Of a stretch of 64,000 bases of DNA, positions 10,274 to 19,835 are shown in pieces. The translations under genes and the position numbers were made by a program. Within the stretch, counting starts at the first letter, position 1; every line of letters starts with the position of its first letter. Source of the DNA: Thecamonas trahens ATCC 50062 (Eukaryota; Protista; Apusomonadida). Under the pieces are notes generated by a model. The model did not search any database, was not told the origin of the DNA, and worked only from the letters and a program-made list of their open reading frames with translations. The stretch is from the NCBI RefSeq assembly GCF_000142905.1, contig NW_013657631.1, positions 62,001-126,000 of the forward strand. The letters are read 5' to 3'.

Positions 10274-11875
10274 ATGACTCGGTACTTACAAGCCTCACGT
10301 GCACGGCCAGCGCTGGTGCTGGTGTTGGCGCTGGCGATGGCGGCGGCGGCGGCGGCCGGGAAGGATACGGCGGGGGGCGCGAGCAGGGCGGTGCCGAGAG
10401 GGTGGAATGGGACCGGGCGCAAGTACGTGGTGGAACAGGTGGCATCGAACCACACGCTGGTAGCGGCAGCGCTGGCGCAGCGCGGGTGGCTGCCGTGTCC
10501 GCCGCGGCGGTTCGGGCGCGGCTGCCGGGCGGCGGCGCTCAAGTGGACGTGGTCGCCGGAGCGGTTTGCCAGCGAGCCGGAGGGGCGGGTGCTGAACCAC
10601 TTCCACACTGCTGCTGTGATGACCCACAAGGACTTGCTGGCCGAGGCCCTGCTTGCCACCCACGGGGAGGACGCTGCGTGGGAGCTGCTGCCGCGGTCGT
10701 ACATTGTCCGCGCCCCGCTCCCGACGGGCGAGGATGACGACGAGGGGAGCGTCAACGGCGAGACGGTCGACGACGACGGCGAGGCGCTGCTGGCTGCGCT
10801 GACGGGGCCCGATGCTACCGCTACTACCGACGACCCGCTGAGCGGCGACTCTTGCTTGGCCGGAGCATCCGTGCCGGACGTAGCCGGCGGTGGCGAGGTG
10901 CGGGCCGATGGCGGCGGCGACGGCGGAGGTGCCGAGCGCAAGGTGTGGATTGTCAAGCCTGCGGCGGCGGCGCGAGGGGTGGGCATCGAGCTGTTTGACG
11001 ACGGCGCGGCGCTGGTGGAGTTTGTCAACCGTGAGTTTGCGCGGTCGCACGCCGAAGCAGCGTTTGTGGTGCAGGAGTACGTGGGCAACCCGCTGGTCAT
11101 CCGCGGCAAGAAGTTTGACATCCGCCAGTTTGTCCTCGTCACCTCGCTCAACCCGCTGACGGTCTTTGTGCTCGACGACGCGTACCTGCGGTTCTCGACT
11201 GAAGACTACACGCTCGACAACCTCGACGACCGGTTTATCCACCTCACCAACCACCAGGTGCAGAAGGACTCGGCATCGTACGCATCGTCGGGCATTCCGG
11301 GCAACCAGTGGTCGCTTGCCCAACTCACAGCGCATCTGGCGGCCGAGTATCCGGACACGCCGCAGCTCTCACCAACAGCGCTGCGAGCCAACATGATTGA
11401 TCTAGTGGTGAAGACGCTCGACGCGTGGGGCCCGGACGGCCACCGCGAGCGGTCGTTCGAGCTCCTTGGTTTTGACGTCCTCGTCGACGAGACCGGCAAA
11501 CTCTGGCTCCTCGAAGTCAACATCTCGCCGGGCCTGCACTTGACGACCGACATAGTGCGGGCTCACCACAGCCATGCCATCGAGTCGCTGTTCCAGGTTG
11601 TGCTCGACGATTCGCAGACCGCCTTTCCGTCGCCGTCCGCCCACGCCAGCCTCTCGCCTGACGAACGCGCCGCCGCCGCCGCCGTCCGCGCCGCCGCCAT
11701 CCTGCCGTGCTCGTCGGCAACTTCCTCGCCGCTGCCGCCGTGCGAGATCAAGGTCGGCGGGTGGGAGCTAGTCCGCCGCGGCGAGTACGACGCCGCCGCC
11801 GCTACTGCTGCCAGCGGCGCCTTTGCTGAGTTTCAGGCGAGCAGCGCGTCGCTCTCCATCTCCTCGATGAGCTAA
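10274..11875 (+). CDS. Tubulin-tyrosine ligase-like (TTLL) ATP-grasp enzyme, glycylase-like motifs
   Basis: WIVKPAAAARGVGI, VVQEY, KKFDIRQFVLV, IHLTNHQVQK, SFELLGFD and WLLEVN. Confidence 0.9.
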   Translation: MTRYLQASRARPALVLVLALAMAAAAAAGKDTAGGASRAVPRGWNGTGRKYVVEQVASNHTLVAAALAQRGWLPCPPRRFGRGCRAAALKWTWSPERFASEPEGRVLNHFHTAAVMTHKDLLAEALLATHGEDAAWELLPRSYIVRAPLPTGEDDDEGSVNGETVDDDGEALLAALTGPDATATTDDPLSGDSCLAGASVPDVAGGGEVRADGGGDGGGAERKVWIVKPAAAARGVGIELFDDGAALVEFVNREFARSHAEAAFVVQEYVGNPLVIRGKKFDIRQFVLVTSLNPLTVFVLDDAYLRFSTEDYTLDNLDDRFIHLTNHQVQKDSASYASSGIPGNQWSLAQLTAHLAAEYPDTPQLSPTALRANMIDLVVKTLDAWGPDGHRERSFELLGFDVLVDETGKLWLLEVNISPGLHLTTDIVRAHHSHAIESLFQVVLDDSQTAFPSPSAHASLSPDERAAAAAVRAAAILPCSSATSSPLPPCEIKVGGWELVRRGEYDAAAATAASGAFAEFQASSASLSISSMS

Positions 11876-12051
11876 GAACAGAGTTTATGTGTGGAAGTGG
11901 TGGGAGTTGTGGAGGTGGAGGGGGAGGAGGGGAGTGTGAACCGTCGACGCGCAGCAGGCAGGCGTGGCCCGGTGATGCAGTCAGAAGCCAGAGGCCTGCC
12001 GCCCACGCATCGGCGGCGGGGCGGACGGCGGTCGTGCCAGGCGACCGACGG

Positions 12052-12677
12052 CTACGACGGCGGGGCGGCGGCGCGACCCGGCTGGACTGACGGGTAGGCC
12101 GGCGCCGACGGCTGAGTAAAGTACGTGGTGACCTTCTCGATAAGCATGCCAACGCCCTCAAAAACGCCGAGGACGGCGCCGCCCGCGATGCCGTGCTGCA
12201 GCGCCTTGCGCGGGCCCTGGCGAATGGCAAGGAGGGCGCCGGTGAGGGCGCCGGCGGCCACCGGGTTGAAATGGTCCTCCTTGCCGCGGGCGCCGGCAAT
12301 GGCGCAGTCGAACGAGGAGAACAGAGCCATCCAGATGGCAAAGGCCCCGCCGGTCACCGCAGCACGGTTCTTCACCGCCGCCACCATTCCGGCCATCCGC
12401 ATGCCCTATCTCAACATAGCCAGTCGCCCTGTGGCGTGAGTGTGCGCCCGCTGCCCCCCCCCCCCCCTGTCGGCCCCCCTCCTTCTCCCTCCAATAACCG
12501 CCCGATCAAGCGGCGATCCGCAGCCGCCGGCATGACGCGGCAGAGGCTGGCACGTACCTTGGGCGCTGCGCGCGCGCCCTTGAAGGCATGGAATGCCCCA
12601 GAGCCGATGGTGCCCATGGCAAAGGCCGACCCAATGTCGTCAAGGATGCGGTACGGGCACGGGTCTCTTCCGTCCAT
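12052..12677 (-). CDS. TIM17: Mitochondrial import translocase Tim17; exons 12677-12558 and 12405-12052
   Basis: [48 protein letters not shown]. Phase-0 intron GTACGT...TAG at 12557-12406. Confidence 0.95.
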
Positions 12678-12942
12678 GGTGGTGCAGGCGTGGAGTGGTG
12701 TGGCTTGTCGGGGGCGAGCGAGTGGGCGGTGATGGCTGGCGGGTGGCTGGCAACAGAGTAAGTAGGCGGCCGGCGGTCGGCGGCCGGAGGTCGGCAGCTA
12801 GAGAGAAGAGACGACGGTGGCAAGTTTACAGATATGGCCATCGGCACCGGGGCCGCAACTAATCCGAGCGGGCGGAACGGGTTTGGAGGGGGTGGAACGG
12901 ACGTGGGACGGGGCTGTGGTACGTAGCAGCGATGAACAGCTA

Positions 12943-13763
12943 TCACGACGGCAGCGCAGTCGATTGGTTGGTGGCGCTGGGCTCAGGCTCGGACTCGGGC
13001 TCAGACAGAGCGTAGTGGAGAGTGAGCGAGTACTCGAGGTTGTCCCAGTCCCAGTTGGTGAAGAACTTGTCGGGCGCGCGATCGAGCGGGCGGTTGGGGA
13101 TCTTGACGGCGACGTTGGAGTATGGGTCTGCGGCAAAGACCAGATAGAGGTAGTCTTTGTCGGGCGCCTCATGCTTCTGCTCGTACGCCGACATGAACTG
13201 GTGCCGCGGCTGGATGCCGTCGGCAATCTCCGGGTAAGCGATCGAGATGCGTAGGCCGACCTGTTGAGTCTCGGGATCGAGCAGCCGCTCGACGGCGTGG
13301 TGCGGGACGCCGATGGTGGCCCGCCGCGGCGCGCGCCGCCCACCCGCGGCCGCCGCAGGCTGTGGCAGCGGCGCCGCCTCGGCCGCCTGCGCCTGCCGCG
13401 CCTGCCGCTTGGCGAGGTTCTGCCGGTGCTTGCGGGCCTGGGTGTGCGCGAGATACGAGCCCTCGTTCGAGTGGTGTGTGAGGCAGAGCGAGCACTCGTA
13501 GTGCCCATGGTGGGTGCGAGTGAAGAACGGGTCCTGAGCGCAGAAGGGGGAGGGGGGGGAGGGGAGCGTGAGTGGTTAGGAAGGGTGGGGGAGGGGAGGT
13601 GGGGGGGGGGGGGGAAGGGGGGAGGGAAGGAGGAGGGTAGACGTACCGACTTGAGGTCAATGGTTGTGAGTGCGAGCGCACGGATACGTTCTCTGCGTGC
13701 ACGGTTGGCGACCGAGGCCGAGGCAACTGCACCCGAGCCGGTCTTGCCCTGGGCTTGGTCCAT
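12943..13763 (-). CDS. SF3A2: Splicing factor 3A subunit 2 (SAP62/Prp11); exons 13763-13647 and 13533-12943
   Basis: GKTGSGAVAS..NRARRERIRALALTTIDL-(intron)-DPFF..GHYECSLCLTHHSNEGSYLAHTQARKH, PRHQFMSAYEQ and YLVFAADPY. Phase-0 intron GTACGT...CAG at 13646-13534. Confidence 0.93.
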
Positions 13764-14327
13764 GGGGGGGAGTGGAGAGAGGGGTGGGGGAGGAGAGGCA
13801 GGGTGCCGGGTGGCGGGCTTCGGATCGCGACGAGGTGAGCTGAAGCCACCGACCCAACACCGCGTTTTCGAGCGGTTGGAAGCGGATTCATTTCCGAGCG
13901 CATTGAGGAGAGCGTTCTTGATAGCGGTCTGGGAGCGGTCTCGCAGTGGTTCCATGGGGTCGCTGTGTGTGCGTGTGTAGGGGGGGGGTACACCGCTGGC
14001 TGTACTGGCCACGGCAGTGGTGCAGATCGTGTTTTACTTGGCCATGAGGCCGCCGTCATGCTTGGGTGACTTGAAATCGAATCAAAGTTAATCATAGTTG
14101 TCATGTGCATCCCTGTACCCCCCCCCCCCGCCGCCGCCATGCCCGGGACAGACGTCACCCTGCCGTCCACACCACCCCTTCCCGACCGATGCACAAGCAG
14201 ATGCTCTCAGAGGCACATCCTTACTACGGATAAGACGAAGGGATACTAGCCTCTCGTCTTATGCATGCGTACCGTTGATATGCCCAAGCCCCCGACCCGA
14301 AAACGACAGCGACCACATTGAGCACGT

Positions 14328-14466
14328 TTAAAGGGATATAAATATATATAAATATATGGATTTAGAATATATGAATATATGTGTGGGAAATAGAAAACTT
14401 TAATTGTTAAAATCTTTGTAATATTTATATGTTATTTTGGATCCAAATGTCATTGGTAAAGATTTC
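14328..14466. other. Sharply bounded AT-rich island
   Basis: About 140 bp of mostly A/T (e.g. tataaatatatataaatatat, taattgttaaaatctttgtaatatttatat) in a strongly GC-rich window. Confidence 0.85.
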
Positions 14467-14772
14467 TACGGTCTGCTGCACCCGATCCCCACTCGCGTTC
14501 ACAGAGAACCTGGTCCTGTCTTGCTACGCACTACTTACAGCATACAACAGATAGTGCATGTCCTGTTAGCTGCTTTCCTCCCGCTCTTGACACTCTAGCT
14601 CTCTCACAGCACTCACAATCTTCCACAATATTTTCCCTTGCAACCGGCCGTCAGACTTGCCGAGTCGGGCACGGGCAACCAACCGCTACCACCCACGTGT
14701 CTCGCGCACAACTGCTCTTCAAGCTGCAAACACCGTACTAACACAGCGTAGTTTTACCACGGCAGAGTCGGC

Positions 14773-17048
14773 TCACGATGACGACGAAGCAGAGTACGAG
14801 GCGGTCGAGTAGCGTGTGGTGAACGAGTTGCCGGACGACGAGGATGAGGTGAGAGAGGACATCGAGGGCGCGCCGGTCTCGGTGAGGTGCGGAGCCAGGA
14901 GCGGCTTGGTCTCGCGCGGTGCCGGGCCGCAGCAGCGGAAAGCAACAAGGCGCGAGGCAAAGCGGAGCCACTCGGTGTGCGAGTCGCCGCGGTGGGAGCG
15001 GGCGCCCGAGATGACGCCAAGGAAGCGCTTACGCTCGGCCTTGGGCAGAGTGAGGAAGCCGTCAAACTCGGAGGCGTGCGGGACCGAGTCAATCCACGAG
15101 CCCATGGGGGTAACAATGGTGTGCTCGGTAAGGTCGCCGAGGGTGGTGCCGAGGCGGACGGCGGTGGCCGAGTAGCGCGACGAATCGTCGGACGAAGGGG
15201 CCGACTCCTCGTCGGTGTGCGACGACGGGCCGAGCGGTCGTACGAGAGCGAGTCGATGTCCTCAGCCGTTCCCGGGCAGCACGCAAAGAGCGAGGTCGGG
15301 TGGGCACGGGCATGGCGGAGCTTGCGGCGGGTCTCGGGATCGTCGACATGAATCCACAAGTAGACGTTGATCTTCTCGTCGGCATCGTAGGCGGTGCATC
15401 CCATACGGAGATCGCCGGGGAGGATGGCGTGACCCGAGACGGCGCAGACACAGTGGCGCTGGGCAATGTCGACACGCCAGAGGCCGACGCCCGCCGGCGA
15501 GTCGTCCATGATGTCGGGCATGAGCGTGTGGCCACGCGAGACAAGCTTCTCAGCTGCGGCGCGGATAGAGCGGACATGGAGGAACTGCTGGGTCCGAAGG
15601 AACTGGATGGCCACCTCGTTGAGCGCAGTGAGGGCGGTGACGTCGTGGACAGCGGCGTGGGTGAGGTCGATAATGACGTGCTCCAGCTCGGTGTGCTGCT
15701 CCAGCTCGAGGTCGACGATGCGCTGGTGGAGGGCGCGGCCCGAGCCGAAGAACATGGGCCCAAGAATGGAGATGTGGGCAACAGGCCCGCCGGTGAGGCT
15801 CGACTTGGAGACCTGAACCGAGGCCTTCAGCTCGCGGGTCGAGTGCCACGCGTAGATGAGCGCCGAGAGAACGACACCGCAGAAGATGCCAATGGCAACG
15901 TCGACAAAGATGGTGACGAGGGTAACAACGGCAATGATGACGAGGTCGGTCGTCGGCACACGGCGGTTGACAAAGAGATCCGCAGTCCGAAGATGCCAGG
16001 TGTGGACAACAACGCCAAACATGATGCCGGCAAGGCCGCCGAGCGGAATGCGCTCCACAACCGGGTGCGCAAACAGCATCGAGGCCAGGAGCAGGAGCGA
16101 CGAGACAAAGCCCGAGAGCCTGCCCGACGAGCCGCCCAGAACGTTGATGAGGGACTGGCCCACAAGCGGGTCGCCGCCCATCGAGCCCAGAAAGCCGGCT
16201 ACAATGTTGGCCACGCCCTGCGCCGTCAGCTCGCGCATGTCGTTCGACCGCCGTTTGACAATCATGCCCACAATGTTGGCCGTCATGATGCCCTCCACAA
16301 AGATGACCGCTGCATACCGCAAAGAGTGCGGGAGAATAAGCACAAACGTGTCCCACGTGTACTCTACGTCCGGGAGGCCAAACGAAGGCAGGTCGCCCGA
16401 GACAGGCGTGATGTCGCCCACCTGCCGCGTCCCCAGCTCAAACACATGCTCGATGAAGAGCGCGCTGAGAATGGCGACCAGCGTCGCAGGGAACCGCTTC
16501 GTGACAAACGGAAAGAGCATGACAATGGCAAAGGCAATTGCGCAGTGCATCAGCGTCAATGCCAGCTTGCTCCCGCTCACGTAGCTCCCATCGTCGTCCT
16601 CAAAGTTGGGCAGCTGCGAGAGGCCGATGACCACCGCCAGACCGTTGACAAAGCCCACAAAGACCGGGAACGAGACTAGCTGCATGAAAGCCGAGACCCG
16701 GAGGAGCGCAACCACAATGAGGATCGGCCCAAGCAGAATCGTTGCCGCATACAGATACTGCTCGCCATCCGACTCAACAATGAGCGCCTGAATGACAGCG
16801 AGCGCGCCCGTCGTGCCCGAGATCATCCCGGGCTGCCCGCCAAACACAGACGTGATGAGCCCGATGATGAACGAGGTCCGGATGCCGATGAGCGGGTTGA
16901 CTCCCGCAATGATACTGAAGGCAATCGACTCAGGCAGCATCGCCATCGAGACCGCCAGCCCGTTGAACAGGTCCAGCCAGAACGCCGCCCATGTTGTGAT
17001 CCAGTGCTCGCGCCGGAGGAAGGCCTCCACTTTGTCAACCACCGCCAT
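14773..17048 (-). CDS. SulP/SLC26 anion transporter with STAS domain and C-terminal zf-PARP-like extension; frame break at ~15227-15229
   Basis: PESIAFSIIAGVNP..G, GGQPGMISG, FVGFVNGLA, RELTAQGVANI, multiple TM segments, and STAS motifs GPMFFG..DVTAL. ORF 14773-15105 continues it after a one-base correction. Confidence 0.9.
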
Positions 17049-17565
17049 CTGACCGCCGCATCCACCCGCTCCCCGTCAGTCTGTCCACCCTGTCGGCTTG
17101 CTCCCTCCCCCCTGCTCTTCTCCACTGCGGCCCTGGCCATGTTTCGCCCTCACCCGCCCTCGCCTGCCCCTTCCCGCGCCTTGCCTGTCCCGCCCCCGGG
17201 ATGGATGAAAACGGCGCGATCCCTCTCCCGCTGCTGACCCGCCACATACCTCGATGCGAATGAGCGACAAGTGACCGCACCTCCCACTCCCTCCGCTCCC
17301 CGCCCCGACCACCTTCCACCGCGCAGTACCACGCAAAGCTGCTGCACTGCAGCAGTGCAGCGCAGCGCAGGAGTACTTCTGTGACAGGGCGTGCCGCCAG
17401 CCCATCGGCTCTCGCAACTCAGGCATGCGGCCCAGTGGCGGCAGTCGGAACGGATGCTCGCGATGGTACTGCAGGCGCAGTCTCTCTTGGAGCGACCTAC
17501 GGGCTCGCCACCATCTTTGTCGATGAGATCTCATCGTTTGAGCCAATGGCATAGTAGCTGGGACC

Positions 17566-18193
17566 ATGCACGAGCTGCCAACCTCGTGCTCACTGGGGCA
17601 CCACGGTCACCGACGCACGACGCATGGTTCGTCGGCTGGCGAGCGACATTCGCACAACTTCTGCGGCCATCGAGTCATTCGGAGCCAATGTCATCGGCCG
17701 CGGGTCGACACCTTCAACTTTCTCATCTCGTACTACGAGGATGGTGTCGAGCACAAGCAGACGATCCGCTTGATACGCGACGACGAGTCGCTCGAGATCT
17801 ACGACGACTCTGCTGGTGACCGGGCACTGAAGATGGTTGGATGGTCGGAGCAGGAGAGCCAGTGAAAGCAGTGGAGCTTTGACCATGGCCGATCTTGCCA
17901 GTGGGCCGGAAGAGCTCGGCAGTGGCGCTGCTGCCTCTCCGCCCTCTCGCCAGTTTGTCGAGCTCGACCACAACGCCGCCCTGGGAATGTTTAGCCGCGT
18001 TGATGACCTGCAAGCTGCTACGCAAAAGGCTGTGCGTGACATCATCCAATCTCTCTGGTCCCTACTCTACAACTGTAGCGTCGCCCTCGGACGGGCCAGG
18101 CTCATCTGCGCGCCGTCGCACTCGGAACGTGGTGCTCAACGAGTTTCATCCCATCACACTTTCCGGCCAGCCATAGCAAGTGGCTATACATGA
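17566..18193 (+). pseudogene. Short coding-like fragments, unassigned
   Basis: Patches with coding-like composition (FNFLISYYEDGVEHKQTIRLIRDDESLEIYD; FVELDHNAALGMFSRVDDLQ) are broken by stops and frame changes. Confidence 0.3.
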
Positions 18194-18641
18194 GCGATCG
18201 CATCACGACCGTCGTGCACGCCATCATCGAGTGGCGCGCAGGCTTCACGGCCAAGTACGCCGTCGGTACAAGGACAAAGAGATAGCACCCGCCTGCAGCT
18301 GCAGCGCCCCGCGCTCACCGAGCAATACCGCGTTGAGCTATCTCAACACCCTCTGGTGCAGCAATCGCTTACTTTACCGTGTTGTACAGCAATGCGAGAA
18401 TCATTCAGACAAGGGTCCACTATCGCGTCTGGGTCGACATCCTACCTCGCCGCAGACAGCAAGACTTGCTACGCCAATTCAGCCAGGACTTCAACTTCTT
18501 CACCTAAATCACGGAGCCGCATCATTCCCTCTTCCACTTGCTTGCAGGCTCATCCATCATCGCCCGCGACCAACGCGGGCTACGTCCTCGCCCGGATCGG
18601 ACCGATTCGGATCGGGAGTCTCTCGCTGACGTTGCGCTCCC

Positions 18642-18863
18642 TTAGTTGTAGAACATCTCAAAGTTGAACCCGTCGGGAATCTCGTAGTCGCCGAGTGTGA
18701 TGTGGTCCTTGTATACTCGGTCGGCCTTCTGCAGGCGGATGCGCTCCGGCTGCAGGCCCGTCTGCGACGCAATCATCAGCTTGAGCTCGCCGACCGTGTC
18801 GTCGTCGTTCATGAGCACCGCCAGCTTGGTCCCGAGCCGGTCATTGACAAACACCTCGAGCAT
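18642..18863 (-). CDS. UBL5: Ubiquitin-like protein 5 / Hub1
   Basis: 73 aa; MLEVFVNDRLG..DTVGELK..IASQTG..YKDHITLGDYEI.DG.NFEMFY matches the Hub1 pattern and length. Confidence 0.92.
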   Translation of the reverse strand: MLEVFVNDRLGTKLAVLMNDDDTVGELKLMIASQTGLQPERIRLQKADRVYKDHITLGDYEIPDGFNFEMFYN

Positions 18864-19164
18864 GCACGTGCGTATGTGTGTGTGTGTAAAGTATTTCGTG
18901 TCTATGGGGGGAGTGGGGTGGCTGTAGCGGTGGTTATGGCTATGGCCGTGGACGTGGCCGTGGTTCGACGCTGTCGCTCACCTTGAGAGCCAGACTCTGG
19001 GACCGGCATCGCGTGGCCGGGCTCGCATAGGCAGCAGCAGCAGGGGACGGAACCTCGGGTGGCGGCGGAGAGATTGGCGGCAAGGGCATCGTGAAACAGC
19101 CCACCACTCCCCCCTAGCGACTACACATATATGTAGTCGCTGGGGGGCAGTGGTGGGCTGTTTC

Positions 19165-19330
19165 ACATCGTGGCCAGCGGCAGCAGCAAGAACGGCGGCA
19201 TCGAGCTCGCCGTCGTCGCGGCCGATGGTGGTGGCAGTTGGATCGGCGTTGCAGGCGAGCAGTAGCTCGGCTATAGCATCGTAGCCCACGTGGGCGGCAA
19301 GGAGAAGCGGGTGAGAGTGGGCCCAGTCGT
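19165..19330 (-). pseudogene. Isolated ankyrin-repeat fragment
   Basis: HPLLLAAHVGYDAIAELLLACNADP and AAVLAAAAGHD, with no credible start or flanking coding sequence. Confidence 0.5.
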
Positions 19331-19835
19331 CGCCGCGGGCGCGGGACTCGACATCGACCGCTACCGCAACGCTCAGTCCCTGGCACCTGCTGGCTGTCCT
19401 AGCCGCAGACTCAGACCAGCCGCATCGGCGGCTCCGCAAGCCACGCCAGGGGCAGGAGCAGCAGCAGCAGCTCCGGCGGCCGGCTCACACGAGCCCCAAG
19501 TGGCGCAATCCGTGCTGCCTGGCGGTGGAGTCGCTTTCCGCTCTAAAAACATCCTTGCACACGTTAGCCAGGTCGCATACCACCGACCCGCTCCGATGCC
19601 AGTCAGGCCGAGCAGGCCCACCACGACCATCCATGAGCAACTTGCGGCTCACGGTATGGTGTGTAGGGCGGTGAAGAAGGGCAGGGGCGAGGTCGGCTCC
19701 CTCTGTAGATGTGCATCCGTGCCCTGGTGGCGCGCGGAGCAAGCGCGTGCCGCCTCGTTTGCTCCTTTGCTCCTTTGCTAAAAGTACGTGCCGCAGGAGC
19801 CAATTTGCCGGCCACTTGACGCCTGTCCCGCCGGC

